DNA from: Opitutaceae bacterium
GTDB lineage: Bacteria > Verrucomicrobiota > Verrucomicrobiia > Opitutales > Opitutaceae
NCBI GenBank assembly: GCA_035569995.1
Contig: DATMLS010000045.1
Span: forward strand, 1-61,158
Direction of reading: 5' to 3'
Length of the DNA: 61,158 bases
The position numbers were made by a program, and so were the translations under genes. Under the pieces are notes generated by a model. That model worked only from the letters and a program-made list of their open reading frames with translations, searched no databases and was not told the DNA's origin. Below are positions 17,306 through 26,586 of the stretch, piece by piece (position 1 is the first letter of the stretch; each line of letters begins with the position of its first letter).

Positions 17306-20149
17306 CTATTTGGAAGAATCTTCAACCGAGCTCTTTTGCCGCTGTGATTGAATCTGTTTTGCCACATTACGAACAGACTTATCGAAGTCCCTACAAAAAT
17401 TACGAGCTTTAGATTCGGTAATCATAGGATATGAAACAATACTCACCAACTCCTTCCAATGCTCATCAACAAAAGCAGAATGATTTGCGCGAGCTTCGTA
17501 ACGCTCAAGGAAACCATCCGCTGTATCGGGTGTGAGTCGCGACATCTTGTCATAATGGATAGAAATGCGATTCAATACAACGTTGCCGTTTTCTATGAGA
17601 CGTCGAAACGTCTCATCTGCAGAATTGGTTTTTTCAACAACCTGTGCAACAGGCCAATGTTCGGTGATTAACCTTAAAGCTGAAATACGAATATAGCACT
17701 TCAACAGACGATCAATTTCCGTTTCTCTCGAAAAGGCTGGTACTAACGTCGCTTGCAGTTGTTCCTCGGATAGCAATACACATGCGAGAGTATAAAGATA
17801 AAAATGCAGCCCATTCACCAAGTACAATTTTCTCTGATAAGCGTATGTGAACGCTTCTTCGTCGTGCTCCACCTGCAGTTTAGGAACTTTTTGAAACCGC
17901 TCCCAGACTTCGGGCGTCACGCACCGGGCGACCGCGTTGCCATAAGTTTCTGAGTGAACATAGATTGACATCTCGCCTTCGGCGGTCGCATCGACTCGAG
18001 GTATAAAACCAGAGCAAATGCAATCCGCACATACGGGAATGATGTCCAAATTTAAACCAGCTTGATCACATTGATTGGCAAAACAAGCTACAGCCACGGA
18101 ATCATTTTCGAATGCGAGCAGAGGTCGTTGCGGAGAACCGTGGGGGAAAAGACTTGCGTAGTCCGCAACGAACGACTTGTCGGGCTTGCCTAAAGATGTC
18201 GAAAAACTGCCCGCTGCGTTGAAGAATTGAGCCAAGAGTTTCGTGTCCCGTGACAACACTAAAACTGAACTGCCCTTTTTCCATGCACTAACCACTTTTT
18301 GGATAGTTTTCTTGGGAGCTCTTCCGTCGAGCAGGTACAACGGAATCGTTTCATCAAACCCGACATGCAATATCACGCGTTCGCCAACACGCCCAAGATT
18401 AAGTAATGGCTGAAAACGTGAATTTGGCCGTTGTATCATGCATACGCCAAAACTCTTATGCAGCGTAGGTAGACAAAATCCTAAACCGAGACGGCCGGCA
18501 CCAACATGAACGTGTAATTTGGCGCGCCCAGGTCTTGGTCTGGTCGAATGCGTTGGAGCAGGTGTAAACGGCCGCCCGTCACCGATAATGTTAAGTCTGT
18601 CCAATCTGAAATTTACATCTCGCGTCAGCAATTGACTCCCAACAGCAGGGTGAAAGATAAAGTAACGTGACTGCGGAAATTGAAATTCTTCGTTGAAAGC
18701 ATGTTCCCCAGGGATCTCGAATCGCTGAACCAAGCCTCGCGCTCCATGATCTTCCTTCATAGTGTAACCAATAAGCCCGCGGCTTATTAAATAGCAAAAT
18801 GGGTGCTTGTGACCGGTGGTAGCTGTTACGCTCCGTGCGATGCGGCGAACCTCAGCCAAAGTCAGTACATTTGCGTGAGCGTGGAGAAATAATTCACGCG
18901 CGACTTTGTAATTCCAAAATGGAATAATTTCTTTTTGGAAATAGTTAAATCCCTTTGAGGCAACCGTATGAATAAGTTGGCGAATTCGTTCTGGCGTGCG
19001 CTGAACGGCTTCTTCGTGATAAATTATCTGTCCAAAAGTAACGACCTCTCTCGGGCGGCCAAATGTGTGTCGGAGAATAAAATCAAAGATATCCTCGGAT
19101 ACGGGATCGCCGTTTGGCGACCGAACAAATGCGTGTTCCAAGGTGGGGTAGCCAAAGAATTGCGTGATGGGGTCTGCAGCGTCCGGTTTCGCTAAACGCG
19201 TTCGATCTGTTCGCGTGATATTGTGGACGAATATCTGACGGAGCTTCGCAGGAGTATATTCAATTTCGCATACATAGTCGCTGTCTTGGTGCGACGCAGT
19301 GCGGCGTGCGGCGTAGGCTTCATGACGTATGGCCGCGAAAATCCTGATGTGGTGATTTACATGGTGAATTTGTTTTATAGCTTCGAAAAGACCCACTTGG
19401 GCATTCATCCAGATCGCTGGATCGAGGTTGCCTTGAGTCATATCACGAGCTTGGGAAAATTCGTAAAAAGTATAGCCAACATGCGGGGACAAAGCCTCGT
19501 CGACGCTATCAATGAACATTGCGACGGGACGATCCAGGTTCTCAATGCGCGCCGTTAACTCCTGATTTTTTAGGCGTAAGAGACGGTTAAGGGCACCTCG
19601 ATTGCGGAGAATCTCAGGCAGAACACTTGCGACACGGTTCGCTTCACCAAAGAATTCCGTAAGGGCGCTCGGTAAATCCGTGCCGAGAGATCGCAGAATC
19701 ACATATTCGAGACAAATTCGCCAAACGGATACCCAAATATTCGGTTGAGTAAATCCTGAGAGGTCTTCGTCCGAGAATGAAACATTTGCGGCGTCGAGAC
19801 GTTCGACGAGTTCTGTGTTTGGTATAAAATGCGTTCCCGTTTTTTTTTCGCGATACATTGCGCTTTTGAGCCGAATCAAGAGCGTTTTTCCAGTGCCACG
19901 AGCGCCAGAAACCAAAAATTTTGGGTTGTGCCAGTCGTTATCAAGGAACGCTTCAATAGGCCCAGTCGTAATTACGTCATCGAGCGAAATCTCCCCGGTT
20001 TCCTTTATCTCATCAGCTTGGGAGACCCAAGGTTGACCCCTTAAAGGTTTTGAGTCTGAAACGGCACGCGCATTCATTGGCAATTGCAGTGTGGGGCTGG
20101 ATCGTAAACCTTTGATAGACCGCATGACCCGCAGTTGTTGTTTAGTCAA
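17306..20149 (-). CDS. 947-aa fusion protein: N-terminal P-loop NTPase plus C-terminal mannitol-dehydrogenase-family (MtlD-like) Rossmann domain
   Basis: Walker A LVSGARGTGKTLL and Walker B-like AMFIDSVDE in the N-terminal half. The C-terminal half has HVHVGAGRLGLGF (compare MtlD HFGAGNIGRGF) and QRKLYLVNGLHFY (compare MtlD ERKLFTLNTGHA). The gene is AT-rich. Confidence 0.7.
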   Translation of the reverse strand: MTKQQLRVMRSIKGLRSSPTLQLPMNARAVSDSKPLRGQPWVSQADEIKETGEISLDDVITTGPIEAFLDNDWHNPKFLVSGARGTGKTLLIRLKSAMYREKKTGTHFIPNTELVERLDAANVSFSDEDLSGFTQPNIWVSVWRICLEYVILRSLGTDLPSALTEFFGEANRVASVLPEILRNRGALNRLLRLKNQELTARIENLDRPVAMFIDSVDEALSPHVGYTFYEFSQARDMTQGNLDPAIWMNAQVGLFEAIKQIHHVNHHIRIFAAIRHEAYAARRTASHQDSDYVCEIEYTPAKLRQIFVHNITRTDRTRLAKPDAADPITQFFGYPTLEHAFVRSPNGDPVSEDIFDFILRHTFGRPREVVTFGQIIYHEEAVQRTPERIRQLIHTVASKGFNYFQKEIIPFWNYKVARELFLHAHANVLTLAEVRRIARSVTATTGHKHPFCYLISRGLIGYTMKEDHGARGLVQRFEIPGEHAFNEEFQFPQSRYFIFHPAVGSQLLTRDVNFRLDRLNIIGDGRPFTPAPTHSTRPRPGRAKLHVHVGAGRLGLGFCLPTLHKSFGVCMIQRPNSRFQPLLNLGRVGERVILHVGFDETIPLYLLDGRAPKKTIQKVVSAWKKGSSVLVLSRDTKLLAQFFNAAGSFSTSLGKPDKSFVADYASLFPHGSPQRPLLAFENDSVAVACFANQCDQAGLNLDIIPVCADCICSGFIPRVDATAEGEMSIYVHSETYGNAVARCVTPEVWERFQKVPKLQVEHDEEAFTYAYQRKLYLVNGLHFYLYTLACVLLSEEQLQATLVPAFSRETEIDRLLKCYIRISALRLITEHWPVAQVVEKTNSADETFRRLIENGNVVLNRISIHYDKMSRLTPDTADGFLERYEARANHSAFVDEHWKELVSIVSYPMITESKARNFCRDFDKSVRNVAKQIQSQRQKSSVEDSSK

Positions 20150-20284
20150 TCTGCTTTATCCCCAGTAACCAGAGCCTTGAGCTTTGCTACTTCAATTCTT
20201 TCGCCAAGGCACGACAATCGTTACTCGCTACCAAGCTGATGTATCTCTTGGCGTGATGCAGTGGCGACCGCAGGCTTTGGGCAA

Positions 20285-21643
20285 TCAGCCCTCGATAGCC
20301 CGCAACTCCGTCCCCAAGGGCAATTGCACTTCGATGCGTTTTTTCTTGTCCACATAGTGCGCCGACGTGGTCCGAATATCCCTGTGCCCGAGGTGTTGGC
20401 GCGCGGCCTCAATCCCAAACGTCGAGGCGATGAGTGAGCCGCTTTCCTTACGCAGCGCGTGGATTGCCTTCACCTGGTGCACGCCTTTCTTTCGCAGCCA
20501 TGCATTAAGATCACGCCACGTGCAATCGCAGCGGTAGTAATCGTAAGTTGCGAACAGGTTGGGTTCCGCGCCGTCCAACACAAATTCCGACGTGCTGCCT
20601 TTTTTGAACGAGCCGAGAACGTTGAGGGCTTCCGGGGCTAGGTCGATATTGCGCTGACTCTCTTCTGTCTTTGGCTCAAAGTAGGGAGTGCGGCGGACGT
20701 GAATCTCTCCCTTTTTGAAGTCGATTTGTTCCCACGTCAGCAAGTCCGCCTCTTTGCGCCGCAATCCTGCCCACAGGCACAGAAAGAGCGCGAGGTATTG
20801 CTGGGGATGCGTCTGCCTCAATTCGAGCGCTGCGCAGGCCAGCAACCATTCAGGGTTGACCTCGGAATGGTAACGCTGCGGGCCGGGGTCTTTTAGCTTC
20901 ACGCCGTCAAACGGATTGGACGGCAGCTTCACCTTGAGCACGCTCACCACGTCCGTCGTAAAGAGGGCACGTGAGCAGCGCAGGTAGGAGGCCGCTGACC
21001 GTTCCGCCGACTTGCGTTTAATTGGGTCGATCCCCGCCTTAGCAACGTAATGGTTGCGCCATGCGTTGACGGTGTCCGGTGTGAGCACGTCCAGCGGCTG
21101 CTTGTCCACCTTGGCAAGCCATGCCTTTCGGCCACCGTTCATGTAATCGTATTTTGCTCGCTTGGCCCGGCCTCTCACCCCGGCTTCCAGCTTGGCCACG
21201 TCAGAGACCATTTTACGCAGCTTTACGGCATACCTGCGCACCGTCATCGGCTTTAGATGGCTGCGGGCCTGCACATCGGCCAGAAATTCGCCCACGGTGC
21301 AAACGTCGGCCTTGTCGGTTGAGCTGGGCTTAAACTTGGCTAGCGTCGCGGCCCAGCCCGCCGAGATGAGTGAAAGGTAAATGTCGCGGGCTTTGATGAT
21401 CGCGATGGACTGGTTGGCCGTGTCGAGACAGAACCACGCTTCGCGGCCCTCGTGAAACATCCTGACGTAATACTCCGGTGGGGTGTATTTCTCCCCGTCC
21501 CGACCTCTGAACGTGCAGCGTTTGATGCGTGCTTTCCAGTAATCCTGATGCGTCTTGGCGGCGCGTGAGACCGGAATGTAGGCATTTGACATTCCGGTTA
21601 CATTCCGGTTTTGGCTGTCCTCAAAAGTTTTCATTTGTCTCAA
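20285..21643 (-). CDS. int: tyrosine-type site-specific recombinase / integrase
   Basis: C-terminal catalytic motif HALRKESGS...LGHRDIRTTSAHYVD (R-H-R-Y family). Adjacent to attR. The start may be the internal Met at ~21592, which would place the ACATTCCGG repeats in its 5' leader. Confidence 0.9.
   Translation of the reverse strand: MRQMKTFEDSQNRNVTGMSNAYIPVSRAAKTHQDYWKARIKRCTFRGRDGEKYTPPEYYVRMFHEGREAWFCLDTANQSIAIIKARDIYLSLISAGWAATLAKFKPSSTDKADVCTVGEFLADVQARSHLKPMTVRRYAVKLRKMVSDVAKLEAGVRGRAKRAKYDYMNGGRKAWLAKVDKQPLDVLTPDTVNAWRNHYVAKAGIDPIKRKSAERSAASYLRCSRALFTTDVVSVLKVKLPSNPFDGVKLKDPGPQRYHSEVNPEWLLACAALELRQTHPQQYLALFLCLWAGLRRKEADLLTWEQIDFKKGEIHVRRTPYFEPKTEESQRNIDLAPEALNVLGSFKKGSTSEFVLDGAEPNLFATYDYYRCDCTWRDLNAWLRKKGVHQVKAIHALRKESGSLIASTFGIEAARQHLGHRDIRTTSAHYVDKKKRIEVQLPLGTELRAIEG
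21571..21612 (+). promoter_or_regulatory. ACATTCCGG repeat cluster at the integrase 5' end: one inverted copy plus two direct copies
   Basis: CCGGAATGTAGG (inverted) is followed by ACATTCCGGTTACATTCCGGTTTT, identical to 796..819 at the other end of the island. Confidence 0.45.
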
Positions 21644-21733
21644 TATTGGGTCAATTTATTCCACTATTTACCTATGAAATCAATCCCATAAGTAGAGGCA
21701 GAAGCAGACACTTGAGGACATGAAAGAACAGGG

Positions 21734-21782
21734 ATACAAAATAACTGTTAATCACTTGGTCACTGGTTCGATCCCAGCCCGG
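21734..21782 (+). repeat. attR: truncated tRNA-Asn 3' half (right copy of the direct repeat)
   Basis: A 49-bp copy of 705..753 with 1 mismatch. It lacks the 5' half of the tRNA, so it is not a functional tRNA gene. Confidence 0.8.
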
Positions 21783-21953
21783 GCAGCCAGTCCAGCCAAT
21801 TATCCAGGCTGTTCTGGCCGTATTTTTCTAACCAATCTGCACGGTTGGAAAAAGCCTTTGATATTGTAAGTGATTTCCAAAGGGAATTTTGCTTAAATCA
21901 CTCACGTTATTTATCCGAAGCGCAGAGGCCAGTAAATCGAAGTTAATCCCCCC

Positions 21954-22517
21954 ATGAACCTCCTTAGCACGTTGTCCACTGACTGGGCAGGATTCTTGCC
22001 CGGCCAAAAGGTATTCTACGGAATCGGCTGCCTTGCCGCATTCCTGATCGTGATCCTGGGATTTTTCCAGCTCGTGGGAATGGAAATTCATACGGATATC
22101 GACCACCCCGACCACAACGGCGCCAGCCTGTTCTCCGTCAAACCGATCACGGGCTTCTTCTTTGGTTTTGGCTGGGCCGGTGGCTACTGCACGGGCCAGA
22201 TGTCCTTCTTCCCGGCGTTCGGCCTGGCCCTGCTCGCTGGCCTGTGCGCCATGTTTATTATCTGGGGAATCGTGCGCACGTTTGTGCACTTCCAGAATGA
22301 CGGCAGCATGAAAATGGAAAGCGCCGTCGGCAAAGAGGGCATCGTCTACACGACGATCGACCCTGCAGTTGGAGGACAAATCCAAATTACCCTCAACACC
22401 GGCCTGGAAACACTCCCGGCCGTCACCAGGGAAACAGAACCCATTTCTACAGGGAAAACGGTAACCGTCATCCGGCTTGATGGACCGAACCTTCTCGTCG
22501 AAACCAAGAAAACATGA
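21954..22517 (+). CDS. NfeD/YqiJ-like membrane protein
   Basis: N-terminal transmembrane segments plus a C-terminal beta-rich soluble domain. Its stop overlaps the start of the downstream SPFH/flotillin gene, the typical NfeD-flotillin pairing. Confidence 0.6.
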   Translation: MNLLSTLSTDWAGFLPGQKVFYGIGCLAAFLIVILGFFQLVGMEIHTDIDHPDHNGASLFSVKPITGFFFGFGWAGGYCTGQMSFFPAFGLALLAGLCAMFIIWGIVRTFVHFQNDGSMKMESAVGKEGIVYTTIDPAVGGQIQITLNTGLETLPAVTRETEPISTGKTVTVIRLDGPNLLVETKKT

Positions 22518-23953
22518 ACCTCCTCGATATCGTCTTTGCTGGCGTGGGAATTTTATTCCTCGTCATCGTCATCGCGACCTGCCTCGGCCGCTTCAAAATG
22601 TGCCCGCCCGACAAGGTTCTGGTCGTGTTCGGCAAAACAGGGTCGGGGCAAAGCTCCCAGTGTATCAACGGTGGCGCGAAATTCATTGTCCCCATCTTCC
22701 AAAGCTACGGCTTCATGTCCCTGCGGCCGCTCAATATCAAGATCGAGCTGGAAGACGCCCTCTCATCGCAGAAAATTCGCGTGAGCGTCCCATCGAACTT
22801 CACCATCGCCATCTCGAAAAAACCCGAGCTGATGATGGCCGCAGCCAACCGGCTGCTGGGCAAATCGGATGAGGATATCAGCCAGCTCGCCCAGGAAATC
22901 ATTACCGGCCAGATGCGCATCGTCATCGCCACGATGACGATTGAGGAGATCAACTCCGACCGCGAGAAACTCATCGGCGGAATTTCGACCGGTGTTGAAC
23001 GGGAGCTCGAAAAACTGGGTCTCGAACTCATCAACTGCAATATCACGGACATCCAGGACAAGTCCGGTTACATTGATGCGCTGGGCAAGGAAGCCGCCGC
23101 CAAGGCCATCAATGACGCCCAGATCCGCGTCGCCCAGGAAAACCAGCGCGGAACGATCGGCCAGGCTGAAGCGGTTCGGGATCAAAAGATCAAAGTCGCC
23201 GAAGCCGAAGCCCTCCAGACCGTCGGCCAAAACAAAGCGCAAATGGACATCGCGGACTCCAACGCCGCGCTGGCCAAACGCCAGGCCGAAGCGTCGAAAG
23301 TTGCCCAATCGGCCAAACTCGTCGCCGACGCCGAGGCTGTCGCCGCCGGTTACGCCGCCCAAAAGACGGCCGAAGACGTGCGCGCCACCAGGGAACAAGC
23401 CTCGCTTAGCGCAACCGAAGTTTCCCGCGCCAACGTCGACAAACAAAAGGCCATCGTCAACGCCGAGGCCGTCGCGGCCGTTGCCAGGACGGAAGCCGAG
23501 GGTAGGGCTGCCGCCACTCTCACCACCGCCACCGCCGAAGGCAAAGCCACCCAGGCCCGCCTCGAGGGTGAAGCCGCCGGCCAAAAGGCATTGCTCCTGG
23601 GCAAAGCCGAAGGCTTCAAGGAACTGGTTGCCGCCTCAACCGGCCCCGAGGCCATCAGCCTCATTGTGGCGCAACAGCTCACCGACATCGTCCGCCTGAC
23701 CAGTGACTCGGTTTCAAAACTAAGGATCGACAAGATCGTCGTCATGGATGGCGGCTCTGGCTCCGGCCCGGCCGGCGTCGAGAAATTGGTGGAGAATCTC
23801 TTCAAAGGCACCATCCCGATCCGCGAAATCATGAACAGCCTGGGAGTGAAACTTCCCGGTCTCCTCGGAACTGAAGTAGCCACAACAACCGCAACGGCAA
23901 CTCCTCCTCCGGCCAAGCCCTCGGGCGGTCCGGGTGCTCCAAAGACGAGCTAA
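22514..23953 (+). CDS. flotillin-like SPFH (band 7) domain protein (YqiK-like)
   Basis: N-terminal TM helix and SPFH domain, followed by a long Ala/Glu-rich coiled-coil (AEAEA...) region. Confidence 0.8.
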   Translation: MNLLDIVFAGVGILFLVIVIATCLGRFKMCPPDKVLVVFGKTGSGQSSQCINGGAKFIVPIFQSYGFMSLRPLNIKIELEDALSSQKIRVSVPSNFTIAISKKPELMMAAANRLLGKSDEDISQLAQEIITGQMRIVIATMTIEEINSDREKLIGGISTGVERELEKLGLELINCNITDIQDKSGYIDALGKEAAAKAINDAQIRVAQENQRGTIGQAEAVRDQKIKVAEAEALQTVGQNKAQMDIADSNAALAKRQAEASKVAQSAKLVADAEAVAAGYAAQKTAEDVRATREQASLSATEVSRANVDKQKAIVNAEAVAAVARTEAEGRAAATLTTATAEGKATQARLEGEAAGQKALLLGKAEGFKELVAASTGPEAISLIVAQQLTDIVRLTSDSVSKLRIDKIVVMDGGSGSGPAGVEKLVENLFKGTIPIREIMNSLGVKLPGLLGTEVATTTATATPPPAKPSGGPGAPKTS

Positions 23954-24076
23954 CCCGCAAAAACAGAATCACCACAGGCCTTCCTTGGAAACAGGGAAGG
24001 CCTTTTTTGTTGGCCTCGCCGTTTTATGAATGTGGGCACCCCGCCCACAGCGAACCCAAGCGCGACTGATCTTCCT

Positions 24077-24340
24077 TCACCGCACTCTTTTATCGGCCAA
24101 TGCATCGAGCACGTCCGCCGCATCGTTCAGATTTTTAACACGCAACGTGTTGGTCGATTTCTCAACGGGAAAATAAAGGCCGGTCTCGTGCTCCAAATGC
24201 TTCAAGCCGCGGTTATGGCGCTCGATCACCTGGGCCTCGCTGCGAAGGGCGGCGGCGAGGTGTCTCAAATGCCCGGGTTCGTAGGGGGGACGACTCATCG
24301 GACTAAACCTTTCAGCGGAAATCGTGGACGTTCCTGACAA
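24077..24340 (-). CDS. small hypothetical protein
   Basis: The minus-strand ORF is more protein-like than the overlapping plus-strand ORF. Flanked on both sides by REP-like palindromes. No family assignment. Confidence 0.35.
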   Translation of the reverse strand: MSGTSTISAERFSPMSRPPYEPGHLRHLAAALRSEAQVIERHNRGLKHLEHETGLYFPVEKSTNTLRVKNLNDAADVLDALADKRVR

Positions 24341-24664
24341 ATTCAGAGTATATTAATGGCTTCTCATCAGTCACGCAAATTCAAGCAGGATAATCATTTG
24401 CTTTGCATCAGAGAGCTTATGATTGCTGCAAATGCCGGGCAAAAAATAGGACGTTTTAGGGACAGGCCAAATTGAGTTTAAAATGTGGGTGGGGTGAGGG
24501 CAGCCCACCCACAGCGAGCCGCGGCTCGGCAGGGATGCCTCGCCCTACCTGTCGATCTTCACCCTCAAAGTTTTTGTTGCCTTCCACTGGGGCGGGCCTA
24601 TGCAATTGACCTCTTTTCCACTACGCCTGCCTCCAATTCCGGAGCGACAGGTGGAACGAAACCC

Positions 24665-25477
24665 ATGAAAACTCAACATACGCTTAACATTACCCTGCGT
24701 GCCCAGACTGGCCGCAGCGCCTCGCGCCGTCTCCGCAAGGTCAACCGCATTCCCGCCATCCTTTACGGGAAGCACACCAGCCCCGAGAAATTCTCGATCG
24801 AAGTGCCGGAGTTCGTCCGCCTCATCAAATCCGTCGCCGGCCGCGCCGTCCTCATCGAGCTCAATCGCGACGACAAGCCCGAGAAGGCGCTGACCTTCTT
24901 GCAGGAAGTCCAACGCGACCCGATCACCGACCGCTACCTGCATGTCGATCTCCACGAGGTGAAGCCCGACGAGAAATTTGAAATCCGCGTGCAACTGAGC
25001 ATCGTCGGTGAATCCTTCGGCGTGAAAAACCAGAACGGCGTGCTCGAGACGCCCACGCAACAAGTGCGCGTCCGCTGCCTGCCGAAAGATCTTCCGCCCC
25101 GGATCGAAATCGATGTCACCGAGTTGAAAGTCGGCGACACTCTCCACATCGGTGACCTCAAGGCCATCGCGGGCGTCGAATTTTTGGACAACAAAGGCCA
25201 GCCCGTGGTCTCGTGCGTCGAGCCCGTCGAGGAAGAGGTCGCCGCGGTCGTCGCTGCGCCCACCGATGGCACCGCCGCGGCTCCCGCCGCCGGCGCCACG
25301 CCCGAAGGTGGCACACCCGCGGCCGGCGAGGCCAAGCCCGGCGATGCCAAAGCCGGTGCAGCCGCCAAGCCTGGCGACGCCAAAGCTGGCGCCGCGCCTG
25401 CCAAGGGCGATGCGAAGGGCATGGCTTCCGCGAAAGGCGCCGCTCCGGCGAAGCCCGCCGCGCCCGCCAAGAAATAA
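24665..25477 (+). CDS. rplY: 50S ribosomal protein L25 / general stress protein Ctc with an Ala/Pro/Lys-rich C-terminal tail
   Basis: MKTQHTLNITLRAQTGRSASRRLRKVNRIPAILYG is a canonical L25 N-terminus. Start taken at the internal ATG at 24665. The tail consists of AKPGDAKAGAA repeats. Confidence 0.85.
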   Translation: MKTQHTLNITLRAQTGRSASRRLRKVNRIPAILYGKHTSPEKFSIEVPEFVRLIKSVAGRAVLIELNRDDKPEKALTFLQEVQRDPITDRYLHVDLHEVKPDEKFEIRVQLSIVGESFGVKNQNGVLETPTQQVRVRCLPKDLPPRIEIDVTELKVGDTLHIGDLKAIAGVEFLDNKGQPVVSCVEPVEEEVAAVVAAPTDGTAAAPAAGATPEGGTPAAGEAKPGDAKAGAAAKPGDAKAGAAPAKGDAKGMASAKGAAPAKPAAPAKK

Positions 25478-25542
25478 TCTCCGCTGCACGCGCCGGCGGC
25501 TTGACCGCCGCCGGCCGCGCAACCGTTCCTGTTCTTTGAGTC

Positions 25543-26142
25543 ATGTCTATTGCTCTGGTAGCCGGCCTCGGCAATCCGGGCCGCGAGTACGAAAAAACCC
25601 GGCACAACCTCGGGTTTATCGTCATCGATGCGTTGGCGCAGAAGCTCGGCCTCGCCTGGCAGCTGCACCCGCAGTTCGAGGCCCAGGTCGCCCGTTGGGA
25701 AAAATCCCGCGGCGTCACCTGGCTCCTCGTCAAGCCGCAGACGTTCATGAACGAAAGCGGTTCCGCCGTCGCCTCGCTGGCGCGCTTCTACAAGCTCGCG
25801 CCGGCCAACGTCATCGCCGTTTACGACGACCTCAACATTGAGCTCGGCCGCGTGAAGGTGACGACCACCGGCAGCGACGGCGGCCACAACGGCGTGGCCA
25901 GCCTGCTCTCGCACCTCGGCGACGGCTTCACCCGCTACCGCATCGGTATCGGCCCGAAATCGCCCCCGCAGATAGACCTCAAGGACTTCGTCCTCGGAAA
26001 ACTTTCTCCTCCTGAACTCTCCCTCATCGAAAAAACACTGTTATACTACACCGATGGCCTCGGCCTGCTGATTGACAGCGGCGCCGCCCAGGCCATGAAT
26101 CAACTCAACCGCAGAGACAAAAATGATCCCGACCAAACGTAA
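25543..26142 (+). CDS. pth: peptidyl-tRNA hydrolase
   Basis: LVAGLGNPGREYEKTRHNLGF N-terminal signature. Lies downstream of rplY, the conserved rplY-pth synteny. Confidence 0.9.
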   Translation: MSIALVAGLGNPGREYEKTRHNLGFIVIDALAQKLGLAWQLHPQFEAQVARWEKSRGVTWLLVKPQTFMNESGSAVASLARFYKLAPANVIAVYDDLNIELGRVKVTTTGSDGGHNGVASLLSHLGDGFTRYRIGIGPKSPPQIDLKDFVLGKLSPPELSLIEKTLLYYTDGLGLLIDSGAAQAMNQLNRRDKNDPDQT

Positions 26143-26419
26143 TTATCGCGCCACCTTCATCCTCGACAACCGTGGCAAGGACGACTCCATCGAGCAAATC
26201 ATCGACGGCGTAAAACAAGAAATCGCCGCCATCCAAGGTGAAGTCTCCGCCGTCGAGAACCTCGGCAAAAAGGACTTCGTGCGCGTCACCGATCGCAAGC
26301 TCACCGGCGCGACCTACGTGCAGATGAACTTCGCCGCTCCCGCCGAAGGCCCCGCGCAACTGCGCGAACGCCTCCGTCTCAACCAAAGCGTCTACCGCAC
26401 CTTCGTCGAATCAGTCTGA
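26123..26419 (+). CDS. rpsF: 30S ribosomal protein S6
   Basis: RNYRATFILDNRGKDD...IENLGKKDFV pattern typical of S6. Confidence 0.85.
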   Translation: MIPTKRNYRATFILDNRGKDDSIEQIIDGVKQEIAAIQGEVSAVENLGKKDFVRVTDRKLTGATYVQMNFAAPAEGPAQLRERLRLNQSVYRTFVESV

Positions 26420-26586
26420 GTCGAACCACGGATGGAGTTTTTAACCGCGGATGAACGCGGATCGACCCTACCAATCCTTCACCACAAAGGCACAAAGGTC
26501 GCGAAGCCAAAACCCTTTGAGTTCTTTGTGTCTTAGTGGTAAATCATTGTTCGCGGTTTTAAAAAGATCGGTTACACCACTTCTCC

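Noticed and set aside
21734-21782. Possible second tRNA-Asn gene
   Set aside because: Only the anticodon-loop-to-3' half is present, with no acceptor 5' arm or D-arm. It is an att-site duplicate, not a functional tRNA.
22763-23584. Antisense ORFs across the flotillin coiled-coil region (also 22941..23699 and 23350..23916)
   Set aside because: Generated by the repetitive GC-rich Ala/Glu codons of the flotillin gene. Low-complexity translations.
24026-24337. Plus-strand 103-aa ORF
   Set aside because: Overlaps the more protein-like minus-strand ORF 24077..24340. Its N-terminus runs through a REP-like palindrome.
24545-25914. Long antisense and alternative-frame ORFs over rplY/pth (24545..25522, 24934..25914, 25152..25841)
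   Set aside because: Arg/Pro/Ala-rich low-complexity translations overlapping two well-supported genes.
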